Positions 12,006 to 25,453 of a stretch of 64,000 nucleotides of DNA are shown in pieces. The DNA lies in assembly GCA_951406725.2 (NCBI GenBank), contig OX597825.1, positions 8,928,001 to 8,992,000 of the forward strand. Reading direction: 5' to 3'. The notes beneath the pieces were generated by a model. That model had not been told where the DNA came from. It searched no databases and saw nothing but the letters and a program-made list of their open reading frames with translations. Within the stretch, counting starts at the first letter, position 1; every line of letters starts with the position of its first letter. Made by a program: the position numbers and the translations under genes. Source of the stretch: Octopus vulgaris. Its lineage: Eukaryota.

Positions 12006-15000
12006 CGAAGTATCGTCAGGAGCCAAACAAGTATTGCTTATATAGTCGCTTGGTATGCACAGATTGCTGTCAAATCGTCTTCGGTTTTAATCTTACGGTG
12101 ATACTTGTTCGTCTCCTGAGATTACATACAGAGTGTGATATCGTAATATCAATTTCATATAACTTATTAAACTAGCCTAAAGTCAACAATATCGCACTGC
12201 CGTGTATACTAGTATTCATTATTTATATTCATTTTAACTAATAAAAATGTACAGTTGGTGACATCTACATAAAATATGCATTACAAGGTATAATATTCTT
12301 AATGTAATCAGCAACAACAATATCTCGAATTTAAATTACACATGTGGCTGATATAATTTAATTAAAAATTAAATAGAAATAAACAAGTTTGTAATCGGTA
12401 TAGCAAATGGCGTGACACTTATATACATACCTTCGTAACATTACACCCACTGAACGGCGTACGATCTAAACAATATTAATAGCCCTCCTTTTGTTTTCGC
12501 TCATAAAATTAAGTACACAAGGTTCTAATTAGCATCTTAATTATATGAAGAAGACATTCACTGATAATTCACGCTGGTTCTTTTTTACTTCTATTTATTC
12601 CCAATTCACTCTACAGTAGTAGAATGTACTGAGAATATCAAATATAAGAGACATTGTTTATAGTAGTGAACGGATTTGCTAAAGTCCGGGCTTACTCTGG
12701 GGTTCATAAACCTATTTGTTTAATTAACCAGACAATTAAACAAAATTGCCATTAAATCTACTGATTTTCCACCTCACTACGCTTGCAATTTCATTTAATT
12801 AAACATATTTTCTCTCACTTGTAACGCGACGTAACTGCAAATTTAACTGAAGTACGGTTGTTATTTTTAATCCAGAACAAAAATTAAACATTTAGCTCGA
12901 TTTAATGTGATTATATGAATGATACATGATACGTCTCTTATCGAATTTGTTCGCAACTGCCATACTACTCTACCAGAACAAGCACACATACACACACACA
13001 CACACACACAAACGCACACACGCGCACAAACACACACACACACACACTCACACACAGCCAGACACAGATACATCCACACATAAGATATTGGTGTGATCTA
13101 TCAAAAATTAGCATGAATGAATAGTTGAAAGAGATACATTAACACAAAAATTAATATGGTTTTTCAAATAAATTACTATGAATCCACTTCTGAAAATGTT
13201 GTTTCACTGCTGCGCTTAGCTTCCTTTAATTATACTTATTTCTTTTTAATTGATGAAATATTTGTCCTAAGGAAACTCTACCACTAATTCAGTTGATATA
13301 CAATGACTCGATATGTTACCCTAGCTTTCATTAATTAAAACTATTTCTACTTCGTTGCTTATAATAATGATTCATGCAGTAATGACTTTTTCCCGGCTTT
13401 ACTTTAGTCGGGCATTTATATTTCATAAACATTACCACAGAAAAGATTTTTCATCATGTGCACAACCTTTTAACATACATGATCTATAATGACGTAGAAA
13501 GATAATTGCTTAAAACATTCCTTTCCATAATTAATCACATTATGTAAAATACCTACCATTTCATTAATTTATGCAAATATTATATTTTTGGTATATAGGA
13601 GTAACTTAAAGTAGATGCGTGTATCTGGGAATAGCTAATACAATGACAAAATGTATATATTATTGAATTCCATATTTATAGTTATAATTTGTGTGTAAAT
13701 ATAATTAGAAATGAAGAATAAAGCAACTCTATGAAGTCGATTTCTTCGATGTAATGAAATAATTTGATTATTCTTTTATGAAAGATAAAAAATATTCCAC
13801 AATATAAAATCTACTGGATAACATCAAAATGAATGGAAACATAAGTTCTGAATTAATTCAAGACAGGCTTTATTGTTACAGGAAGATTTTATATATGGCT
13901 TCATTGTAGAGGAGGAAGTTTGATCCATCCGTTCATGATAAGAATGTACTATTTAAACACACGAATTTTGTATTTATGTTGTACACAAATATTATGATTC
14001 AACAATAATGAAACTTACACAGCTCACTAAATTATTAGTATACTCTAAGCGGTAAACAATCTCACAGAAACCTTAGGATTACTGAATGAAACAACCACAG
14101 ATTGAAACCAAAATGCTTTTAATGCTTAAAACATGTGCTTTCTCCAGGGACCATCCAGGAAGTTGCCTAACGCCAAAGCTAAGGAAAATTGTCTATCACA
14201 GAGTAACTTATTTTATAGACCCAAATTTCGTTTACGTCAAATATAATTGTATATGAACGTGTAATAATTTTCAGAACTTCATAACCGAGAAGACGCACCT
14301 TAACCATGTTAACTAAAGGAATTAGCTGAGTAAATTACCATGTGTTTTCAATTAAATTCTTTTAGAAAGTTTTAAGTAAGTTGCTTCGGTGCTAATTACA
14401 ATTCTGTCAAGCTACATACTGGCAAATAATTTCTGCAACGTTTTCAACTAATGGATTATTTGCTATATAAAACCAGTGCGTGTTAAAGGATGGACAATCA
14501 CTGACAGGTAGTCAGGTTATCTAACATGGTGCTACATCCAAACACTTTATATCCATAAACAATGTTACATCTGCAGTGAACATCACGTTTATTCATATAT
14601 ACGTTCACCTACGTTTCAAATATTAATCTTTACATTACGTTTGAACTAAAAGAATTGCGTAAATATAAAACTTGATGTCACCAACTTCAATATTTCCAAC
14701 TTTCCATGTAGTTATCTCTTGGAATAGATAAAATATATCTTTATAGATTCTTCTCTTTATATTTCATAGTCAATTCAAGCGTTTGTTTTGGATCCATTCT
14801 TCATGAATTGACTATAATCCCTAGAGATTTCAAACTTACATATACATACTTAAGAGCTTGGCGGGTGAAGTAAAAGATTATAAAAATATATAGTTGGGAA
14901 TTCAAATAAAACGTTACAGTTAAATGGCAATTATTTGGATCATTGACATGCTGTTCTGTGAAAAGAACCAGATCCTCTCAAGGAAGGCAGAAGTCAGTGG

Positions 15001-17625
15001 TGAGTATAAACAGATTGTATAATTGTCTAACGGATCATTACGCAACATTTCTAGTTATCTTTAAACTCTCCCTATATGTTTTTATTAATGCCAGTTCTGA
15101 TAAAGCGTATTATTCCTCAAAGCAGTGCAAATCTAGAAATAACCGATATGTTCAGTAATCCTTAACGCAGAACATACTAATTAAATTGTGCTTCATAATT
15201 GAGCAAAAAGTGATTTTTAAACAAATTGACTGTTATTTCCAGGAGATCAATTAACCACGTTGGGGACGTTTGTACTGACTCATTAATCTCTAAACGTGTT
15301 GTGTTTTTCAAGTAAGAATAATTTATGTAGAAAGTCGATGCTTTCAATACTGCCTGGAACTAATCTAAGAATGAATGTTTAACCAACTTATAATAATGGA
15401 AGGATTATGAAAGATATGGTTTAACACAACTTTACGTCACCATCTATGCTTTCTTTTCTCATGAGAAACAGAGCCATGCCGATAATATATTGCACAGAAG
15501 TGTCTTTTGATGAATTAATATTAGTATTATCACTAATTAATTCTAATACGTATTATTCCAACACATTTTTCCATTTGTAGTATAATACTGATTTAAGTTC
15601 TAATATTAATCTGTCACATGTACTCTTATGACATATGCATAAGTCATTCACCACTAATACTGTCATCCAGATTAAGAAATCCGTCAATGCCACAAACAAT
15701 TTCATTGTTCCTCCAAACAAATAATAGTAAAAGTTATTCCTTCTCCTGGGATTACAGCCACAAGGTCTCTTGATTCGACTGGTGTGCAATGTTACATATT
15801 CGACAGGAGTAATAATCGTCAAAGAAAAATGCAAATGTTAAAACTTTTGCTAATTATACATGGGAAATTGAGTAATTATTTTATATAACTTTTGTCGCCA
15901 AAAGTATTTCTGCTGTAAATAATTCAGAAATATTTCCAATCAAATCGGTTTAATAATATACTTTTAAACGATAATATACTAGAGAAAAGCGTTTTTTCTG
16001 AGCATTTTGATGAAGCACCCTGCGTCATTGGATCTAATGATATGTTACAGAACAGAAAATTGCTTTAAAGGGGTAAGTCTTTATTTCCAATACCTTATTT
16101 TAAATATTTGTAGATATACAATTTGTAATACTTTTATCAGGAACGGCAAACTTTACGATACATTTTCGTGATTGAAACAGTAAAGTGTATTGTGCTTTGG
16201 TTACAAAGTAATTCTGAGTTTGAAAGACATTTGTTCCTGACAGAAATATTGTTCCTAGGGAAATAATTAGGATACCCTCTGATTTAGTAACGAGAAAACT
16301 TTCAGTGAATAGAATGTTCCTTGATATTTTGGCTTTCAAACAAATATTTCATTCACAAGTGGATTCAGTGTATCCATGACAGGCACATCTATTGGAAAGA
16401 AGGCACGTAGTTCATTCTATATCTTGACAAATACAGTGTACAAAAACTTGAACAAGAGAATGAACACAATTTTCAGTATCAAATCAAATAAAATACACCA
16501 TCGGACAAAATCATTTTGGTTAATATCCCTTAAAGATGGCTTTTTGCACAACAGAGTCAGCTTGAAGTTGACACGTTACTTTCTTATTTATTTACGGATT
16601 GTCATGCGACGTTTTTGTTAAATCAAATCTGCTTGTACTTTAAGAAATTATATCATTTTAATAAGGCAAATTCCCACTGGAGGATGTATAACTTAATTAA
16701 TTATAGGTTTCAAAAATATAATTTTCATTTACTCAAAAATAATTTTTAGTAACTGGAAATAGTCTTCTTAAGATTGAAATAAAAACCTGTGACAAATGCA
16801 CAAATTACCTTAGATACTTAAACATTGAATTACAAATATTTTGATATACAATACAGAAGGATTTATTTATATTTCCTATATAAATGACAGAATTGAGAGA
16901 CTCGTTCACCAAAAGTTTTAGCAAACCAAAACACGCTGAGAAGGCTAAGTCCTATAAATCTTTTATCATTATCTTCCAATTAATAATTACATAAAACCCA
17001 AATCTGTTATTCCAGGATTTAAAAAATTATACAAATTCTGTCCCTCAGTAGTTTTGCATATATATGAGCATCTATTATTGTTGTGCTATTCCAGTTCAAA
17101 ATTTTACAGTCACATACACAATGATTCGATATTTCATTTTCAGTGATAGAAATCACCAGTAGTGACAGAACATAGTATTGGAAACGATTCGTATAGAAGG
17201 TCCGAATTCAGAAGGCAATCGAATTCTCTACATAACCATGACACATATTTATGATCATTTATATCAAATAAAATACACACACACACACATATATACACAC
17301 ACACCCATGCACACATACACAAGTTGCGTACGACTACAGATTGCCATTACTAAACAAATCAAATTACCCACGAAATAGTGAAACGTACTGTCCATAAACG
17401 AGGCCACTTAAAGCAATGTGCAATAGAGTGATCAAAGTTGTAGATGAAATAAGAAACGTGATGTCATCAATGGAATACTCATATGTATTTGTGGGTGTAT
17501 CCATACATACATATATATGTATGTATGTATACACACATATATAAGTAGGTATGTATGTGTGCATACGCAGATATGTTCATAAAAATAAATAAATATATAT
17601 ATATATATATATATATAAGTACGTA

Positions 17626-17679
<54 letters not shown>

Positions 17680-18623
17680 TGTACGTATGTATGTATGCAT
17701 GTGTATATATGTAGGTATGTATATATTCAAGTATACAGATCAAAGATTTCATATACATCGACGTGGAAATTTTCTTATTGCGTAGGATTCAGTCAAGTGT
17801 GAAAGAATCGGTGTAAATAGCTATGTCAAATTCAGGTTTGGCTAAATCAGGTCACTACATTCTTTGTATAAGAATAATGTTATTTTCTGTGTTTTAGAGT
17901 TTTAAAAAAAATTGCTTGTCGATGGAATATTTGGTAATCCAGTGAAGTCTGACTCAAGTGAAATTGGTTTTGGTATTATTTTATTTCTATTAAAAAATTC
18001 CATACTGGAATGTTTTTTTGAAAGTGAGGATTGGAAATTCAGTCATTCTGTTTAATTTGTAAATATACCATTAATAATAAATGTATAAATAATATATATA
18101 GCAATAAACTATATTAATACAAAGTTGTATATACTCCTGGTCTGTAAATATACTCGTACGTTCTCATTTTTTTACTTATCTATATACACTTATAAGGAAC
18201 GATGATCATATACTGACGGAAGGAGACACGCTCGCAGAATCGTTTTTCAAGTTCCAAAGGAGCTTACACTCGTTTAATGGTCTAATATGCAAACACCTAT
18301 GTACAGATGTAAATGTATGTCTTTGTGTATGTCAATCTATGGTTGTGGATACGTGCATAACATATATTTTCTGTACAGTTAGATGTATGACAGCTGCTGA
18401 GTTTAGAGCTCCGTTCCCCTAATATTACGTTGTATTAAGTCGTCAAGTATGAAATTTGTAGTAAGGTATATGGTAAAATTTGATAGCTGCTCATTTTGCG
18501 CCTGTATTATATTTTGACAATCTTTATGTTTTGTTAGACATCTGACACATCTATTTCTTTATCCTAACTCATTTTGCTCTTTATAAAGTATTTATATATC
18601 GTTTTTGCTATTTTCGTTTAGAG

Positions 18624-18769
18624 ATGGATAAGTCGGAAATTCGTACAGTTTTGAAATACGAGTTCTTTCTTGAAAATACAGGATCACGGACATTAATATT
18701 AATGGAGTATTTTATTCTAATGTTATTACACAGCAGACAGTATGAAATTGGTTTACAAAATTTCGTTCA
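18624..18769 (+). pseudogene. mariner transposase N-terminal HTH remnant
   Basis: MDKSEIRTVLKYEF..(frameshift)NINGVFYSNVITQQTV*NWFTKFRS matches the first mariner HTH. Confidence 0.8.
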
Positions 18770-18966
18770 TGTAGAACCCTCTTATCGAACTTTTTCACTT
18801 TACCGATTTGAACTAGGTGAGTTAGTTTTGTTTGCTTCCAAACACCAAACAACAACGATAATTCACGGGTCCTTGGAAATGTATCTGACTCGACGGTGGC
18901 TTTCAGTTCGTCGTTATCCACCTTTGTTTCTGGTTGATAGAGTTGCTTATTTGTGAGGTCGAAGTT
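18766..18966 (-). pseudogene. mariner transposase second HTH/linker remnant, inverted
   Basis: NFDLTNKQLYQPETKVDNDELKATVESDTFPRTRELSLLFGV..HLVQIGKVKKFDKRVLHE matches mariner ..L.NEPRGRP..DND.LK..VE.D...TRELA..HL..IGKVKKL.KWVPHEL. Confidence 0.88.
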
Positions 18967-18977
18967 ATATGTTATAT

Positions 18978-19140
18978 AGGCGCATGAGTGGCTGTGTGGT
19001 AAGTAGCTTGCTAACCAACCACATGGTTCCGGGTTCAGTCCCACTGCGTGGCATCTTGGGCAAGTGTCTTCTGCTATAGCCCCGGGCCGACCAATGCCTT
19101 GTGAGTGGATTTGGTAGACGGAAACTGAAAGAAGCCCGTC

Positions 19141-19204
<64 letters not shown>

Positions 19205-19380
19205 ATGTGCTTGTGTGTCTGTGTTTGTCCCCCTAGCATTGCTTGACAACCTATGTTGGTGTGTTTACGTCCCCGTCGCCTAGCGGTTCGGCAAAAGAGA
19301 CCGATAGACTAAGTTTGGGCTTACAAAGAATAAGTTCAGTGAAATGACTGAAACAAGTAAAAGAGTAAAGAGTAAAAGAG
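18978..19380 (+). mobile_element. SINE family A, near full length
   Basis: A-box-like tggctgtgtgg, B-box-like gggttcagtccc, cttgggcaag motif, internal (TA)n, gtaaaaga tail repeats. Confidence 0.95.
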
Positions 19381-20435
19381 TATACGTATCGACAACTATA
19401 GAAATACATACAGAAAGACATACATTTACATCTGTACATAGTTGTTTGTGTATTAGACCATTCAACGGGAGTATGCTCCTTTCGGAACTTGAATAAAACT
19501 GTTTGCGTTGCAAAGGATTTCTATGTACGTGTTTGTATACATGTAAATGAAAGTGTAGATTTATGTTAACCTATATTCATATCTATTTGTCTCAGTTTAT
19601 ATTTGTATATTCATATGTGTGTCTATATCAATAAATCACACAAATATATATACTCATCCACTTTCTCATATTTTCTCTGTATGTTACGAAGTTAGATAAA
19701 AGTACAATGATATATGAATTGGTATGTCTCTTAATTAATAGTGAGAAAGATAGAGAGAGAGAGAGAAAGTGAGAGAGAAAGAGAGAGTGAGAGAGAGAGA
19801 GAGAGAGAGATCTGTTGAACAGCAAATAATATCGAATGATATTTGGATGTAATGCAAATCTAAGTATTGAAATGTCCAGCTATTGAAATAGTGACTGAGA
19901 AATAGAGAAACCGGAAAGATGAATGAATTAGAAAGCATATATGCAAATATATTATAATAAGTGTAGGTAGGCCCTTAATAAATATTATTTTCTACCATTG
20001 GCGAAATGCCACCTCTTAGAATAATATTAGATATTTTATATATTTGATATAAAATTACGTCGAAATTTTAGTAATATTGTCGTGTTTCTATTATTGAAAG
20101 ATGATAATGTGTGTAGTAACCCCCAAGCGCAAGACTGATAATATTTTGAATATAATAAAATCATTCATTACATCTGAGTATTTGAAAACAGAAATAGATA
20201 ATCTGAAGGAAGCTTATCTCAGCAGAATAATGTTGAATGCTATAGCAAAGCATACCTGTGTCTAAACATTTGTTACACACTAAAATACATTTATTGAAAA
20301 CCATTGTGTATTCGGAGGATGTTAAATTTGTATTTAAAATTGTAAATGTCGGATACATACCTAAAGGTATTTAGGCAATATTCATTCTGAAAACAGATTT
20401 TAGATTTTTCTACCATATTTGGAATATATTGGTAT

Positions 20436-20561
20436 CAGAATTTGGCACAAAGCCAGCTATTTCGGGATTGGGGTAAGTCGTTTACATCGACACCAGTGTT
20501 CAATTTGTACATATCTTCTCGTCCCCGAAAAGGATAAAAAAGGTTAATTCGATTCCAGCGA
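20436..20561 (-). mobile_element. SINE family B 3' fragment
   Basis: Reverse complement matches the atcctttcgggg..cactggggtcgatgtaatcgactta..ggccttgtgccaaa part of family B. Confidence 0.75.
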
Positions 20562-21324
20562 AGGGAAGATGGACCATATACTCAGAAGGGAAAGAAAAAA
20601 CATGTATTTGTAATGTATTAAGTCATAACGTATCTCATATGTTCAGCATGTAAATAAGATAAACTTCGGAGACAAATATTAAAAGAGAGTTAAGTTTGTA
20701 TATAAGGGATAACTTGTATAAACCGAAAATTAGACAAAGATACGAGAATTGCTTTTAAAAATTAGGAGAGTAAAAAATAAGTAGGAGAGTTTTTAAAAAA
20801 TGAAATTGCACATATAATGCATAACTTAGAAGAATCACTGTGAATGTGCCAACAGACGAGCTTGAGACATGGTCGCCCTCACGCACTTCTCATGAGGGAT
20901 TCCGGAAGGGGCTTTGGGAGACCAATGCAGAGAAGCTTCCGAAAAAATAAAACAGATTTTAGGAGTGACAAGAAAAATTATTAGCGATATCTGAGAAAGG
21001 AATTTTTGTATTCCGAAATACTATTATATCAGACTATGGATAATTTAATTATAACAGTTATTATAGTCCATCGTTGTTATTTTAGTGCTTTGTTGTGCCA
21101 TTCAAGACACATTATATTTTAAAAACTAGCTTTAAGATAGAAATTATTATGCAACATAATGACTGAATTTGCTGTCCTTGGTGCAATGCAAATATGAAGC
21201 AAACTTAGGTGTCATCTGATATGATAACTCTGACATATGGATGACATGCCGAAACTGACCACCACTTATTCGTGGTACTGTGCATCGATAGTGATTTTAT
21301 TATTGCACAAATTACATTCAAGTG

Positions 21325-21664
21325 AAAAAGGGAATACAAAGGAGTGACAGAGGGAGAGAGAAGAAATGGAAAGAAAGGAAGTGACAGTAAAAGAGGGAAT
21401 ACAAAGGAGTGACAGAGAGAGAGAGAGAGGAGAAATGGAAAGACAAGAAAAGACGTCAACAAGAAACTATGGCATTACAACCAGCTAGGAACAGTGTTTG
21501 CTACATTTGCGGTACCTGCCAGAAGGAGTGTTTGTCCAGGATAGGACTACACAACCACAGCAGGAAATGTATCAGGACATGAAATAAAAAAAGCCGGACT
21601 AGACTACTTCATGCGCAACTCCATTGTCTCCCGAGACAGAAAGGATGCCAACCAACCAACCAAC
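21325..21664 (+). mobile_element. RTE-clade LINE 3' end
   Basis: YICGTCQKECLSRIGLHNHSRKC zinc finger at 21502-21570, short 3' UTR with gtctcccgagac hairpin and (CAAC)n tail; internal ~50 bp duplication at 21329/21393. Confidence 0.8.
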
Positions 21665-23101
21665 GTTCAAGTGACCTCTAGAAGATTTCATTTAAAACAT
21701 TGTGGAAGAAAACCCAAATCACAAATCTCTGAATTAATTCATTACCTTACTATCTTTATGAGTAGGGTCAATGTATTTTGTGAAGGAATATGGAGACAGT
21801 ATATATTAGAATAGTACTCTCCAGTTATATGTTAAGATGGAGTATAAAATTATACATACCATGTCCACTTTATACATACATGCATAATTACATACATGTC
21901 TGTGTATGTGTGTATGTGTGTGTGTGAGTATCAGTACGTACTCAGAAAGATAATTACCCAAGGAAAGTGAGTATATATAAATCGAAAGATTAATCAAAGT
22001 TATTTTCTAAAATATCTCACCTGCAGCGTAGTCATGATTCTAAAATTCTGCCAATCTCAGATGGGTTTAATTTAAAGAATATAATTTCTTGATTTCACCT
22101 GTAAGAAGTGTTCCAGGATATCCTTAACTTAGTCACGAGGACGAATCAAATTATGAATAATCTCAAAGACACAAATATCACCATACCAATATCTTTATTT
22201 TATAAAACAACATTTGTGTCTTTTCAAATAAAATCCAACAATTCGAACATTGTCTGAGCTCCGTTGTCAATCAAGAATAACTTACACCTTTAGTGAGGGA
22301 ACCGATAGGTATTGTTTCGATTGTGGTTGTAGTCGGGAATTATTCTAATCCTATGAAATTCACAATTTTCACTTAGTTCCCCATATCCATACAGTTGACG
22401 CCATTCAATTACTGCTATTAGATACGAATTGTCTACAAACCAAAGAAACATTTATTTCTAAGACAGTTATGAATGAGGAAAAAATATAACAAAAACAAAA
22501 TAACATCTTCAAAACCCCTCCATTGTTAAAACGTATGTGCACATTATTCATAATTTCTACTAATTATCTTCATTCATGAGTTACAGAGTAATGTTAACCG
22601 CTTCAGACAACTAAAACTGCTAAATGATAGAAATATACATTGCATTATAAGAGAAGAGATTACCCTCAAAATTGACTTTTAGCCAGACATACTGGCTGCA
22701 GAATATCTCTCTCCCATATGGATCAATGCAACCAGAAATATGTAGCTAATGCCATTTAGTTCATTGCGTTTCATATCATATTTCGCTAAACATATCACTT
22801 TCATAACACTATTCTCACACTTTCAGCTATTTTCCTCTATTATGTGATATATGTTGTCTCTTAAATTTGTGTCTTTCTTATTTTCCAGATCGAAAATATT
22901 TAAGTAGCATAATGTGATCTCATATGATGTTTTCTATATATTTACAAAACACAACGTCAAAGCAAGTTCTTCTCTAGAGTGGCTAGGGGTACATTCATAT
23001 TGATCAGAACAATAAACCTGATCGTAGCAGCTTCCATATTGCTTGAGTGAGCAAACATTTATTATGTAACATGTTCTTGATTAGGAATCACATCAACCAA
23101 C

Positions 23102-23144
<43 letters not shown>

Positions 23145-23235
23145 GTATGTATGCATGTATGTATGTATATACATTATATATATATATATATATATACATA
23201 CATAGGTACATATATATATATATATATTTATATAC

Positions 23236-23292
<57 letters not shown>

Positions 23293-23302
23293 CATATATA
23301 TA

Positions 23303-23511
23303 TGTGACCTCGTATGTACCGTTGGCGATTTTTTTCCTCTGTCTTCCCTTCTCTGGACCTTTCCTTCTGCTATGTTTCCGAGGAAGAGCTCCGCTCGAAA
23401 CGTTAAACCCTCCTTCTTTCCTTTTTTTTTCCTGAGCTTCCAATAATACTATATTTGCTCCACATCCTCGCGTTGTTGTGTTTTTTTGTTTTGTTTTTTG
23501 TTTGGATTAAC

Positions 23512-23512
<1 letters not shown>
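23303..23512 (+). mobile_element. Penelope-like terminal fragment with minimal hammerhead-like motif, between (TA)n tracts
   Basis: gttt-CCGAGGA-A-GAGC-tcc-GCTC-GAAA-CGTT-aaac at 23374-23408; flanked both sides by TA arrays. Confidence 0.6.
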
Positions 23513-23542
<30 letters not shown>

Positions 23543-23577
23543 ATGCATATGTAGATATAACTTAAATGTGTGTATAC

Positions 23578-23610
<33 letters not shown>

Positions 23611-23616
<6 letters not shown>

Positions 23617-24190
23617 GTATTTATAAAATTATGTACTTCGTAATAATTACGTTAATTGGCTACATGATAAAATCTTATTTAGACTTTGTCCTTAAATTTA
23701 ATTGAATAATATTAAACTGTCATATATTCAGTGCCCAAATATGTTGGATATACACAGGTGCCTGAAACGAATAAGATGTTTTCACAGATATATAAGTGAG
23801 AACATTTGTATAATTGCTCTGTGAATAGGTTGTGCTCGTATGAATATGTATAAATGTTTATATTTATGTATTTCTGGTTATATCATACTGACGAAATCAG
23901 AGATAATTACAACGCTGACCTTGATATCGTTTCGATATATGACTGAACTTTTTCAAAAACTTTTTTCTTTGTTCTCTCCCTCGATTTCAGCATGTGTGTA
24001 CATTTTATAAACCAGCTTAAGGCCTTTGGCGTCTATTTCCGGCGTGTGACTTTACTTCTCGTAACTGCCCTTAATATAATATTGTATTTATAACATCATA
24101 CACCTTCTATTAATTTTTTTACTATAATTGGTTTTACACGCAGGCCACTTGATAAAATCTTATGTAGATTTTATCCTTAAATTTAATTTA
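23611..24190 (+). mobile_element. Old terminally redundant hammerhead-carrying element starting at a (TA)n tract
   Basis: Degenerate direct repeats 23611-23705 and 24078-24187 (aatattgtatttataa..tgataaaatcttat.taga.ttt.tccttaaatttaatt) enclosing a hammerhead-like fold. Confidence 0.55.
23883..23942 (+). ncRNA. Degenerate type I hammerhead ribozyme (GAUA instead of GAAA)
   Basis: Stem I TCATA/TATGA; CTGACGA 23888-23894; stem II TCAG/CTGA; GATA; stem III TCG-ttt-CGA; AUA site. Confidence 0.6.
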
Positions 24191-25364
24191 TATTTATATA
24201 CGAATAGTACTTTTATTTTTATGTGCACACACTACGGTAAAATTAGGATACAAAACACCATTTTGAATCTTTTAAATATGAAAGACTAATCGGTATATTG
24301 GAATGAAACATCTGTAAGATGAGCAGTATTTTTAAGACTTTACTCAGATCGCTCTTAGTAAATATAATCTTGATAGCACTTTTATTAATAAAGAATGGAT
24401 CAAATACGTTTAGTATCATTTCGTGAAGAAGAATTTAAAGAGGTAGCCTTCGACAATATATTCTATGTCTTCCTAATTTTGGAGGACGTAATATATATAT
24501 GAGGTTCAGTAAATTCGAATCTTGTATTCTCACATCACCTGGAGTAGATTCACGTGAAATATTTAAGAACATCAAAGAGATGAATTTCGTTATTATTACT
24601 GCTGGCGCTTCATAAAATAGCAGATGTCAAAACAACTGATGTAAAAAGACACTCTCTATAACATGATTTAATTTGTATGTGTCAACACACAGTAATTTGA
24701 ATATAATTATTCATAATTTTTGCGAATATCAATGATGGTAGGTTCCTGAATTTCTAGAGATTCGATTGGAATTAATGCTACGATATAGTGACAGCACCAG
24801 CAAAAACGAGTACAAGGATTTCATAAAGCATTGTAGTAATATAAATGGTGTAGTGTATGTGAGTCTTCTTATACATCGGAATTTTATTCTTAATACATGT
24901 TTTTATAGTGAGACAACATAAACGGAAACAAATAGCAGAGTAAATGACCGTCTTACGGTTTTCTGCTATTCGTTATAGAAAGGAGGGACTTTACATACTC
25001 AGCCACACCCAGAAGACAAGCACATGCTCTCTCTCATTCTCTCTCGCACTCTCTCTGTCATACAAACACACACACAACACACACATGCATACACATTCAG
25101 ATACATTCTCACACACACATGCACATACACGCAGACGCATGCACATACACGTACATATTTACATACACACATACACACGCACATGCATTCTCACGCACAC
25201 ATATATATACATATATATAATAACAAAACAGTAAAATTAAATAATTAATTAATCAATTATTAATAATTTTACCAAGTATTTCGGTACGTTAAAATAACCC
25301 TTTTAGGTAAAATTATACAAATATTCTAAAATTATGCTTAAAATTAGAGAATCTTTGTGTATAT

Positions 25365-25453
<89 letters not shown>

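Larger units (their letters stand above)
18243..19498. repeat. ~125 bp imperfect inverted repeat pair (18243-18366 versus 18966-18976 + 19381-19498) enclosing the mariner remnant
   Basis: ttcaagttccaaaggagc..ggtctaata..tatgtacagatgtaaatgtatgtcttt..gatacgt is the reverse complement of 19381-19498; the right arm is split by a SINE. Confidence 0.9.

Noticed and set aside
18433-18465. Possible mariner 5' TIR (TA|TTAAGTCGTC...)
   Set aside because: No partner TIR in the window, so it cannot be supported.
21208-21262. Hairpin followed by GCCGAAAC
   Set aside because: No correctly placed CUGANGA; treated as an incidental hairpin.
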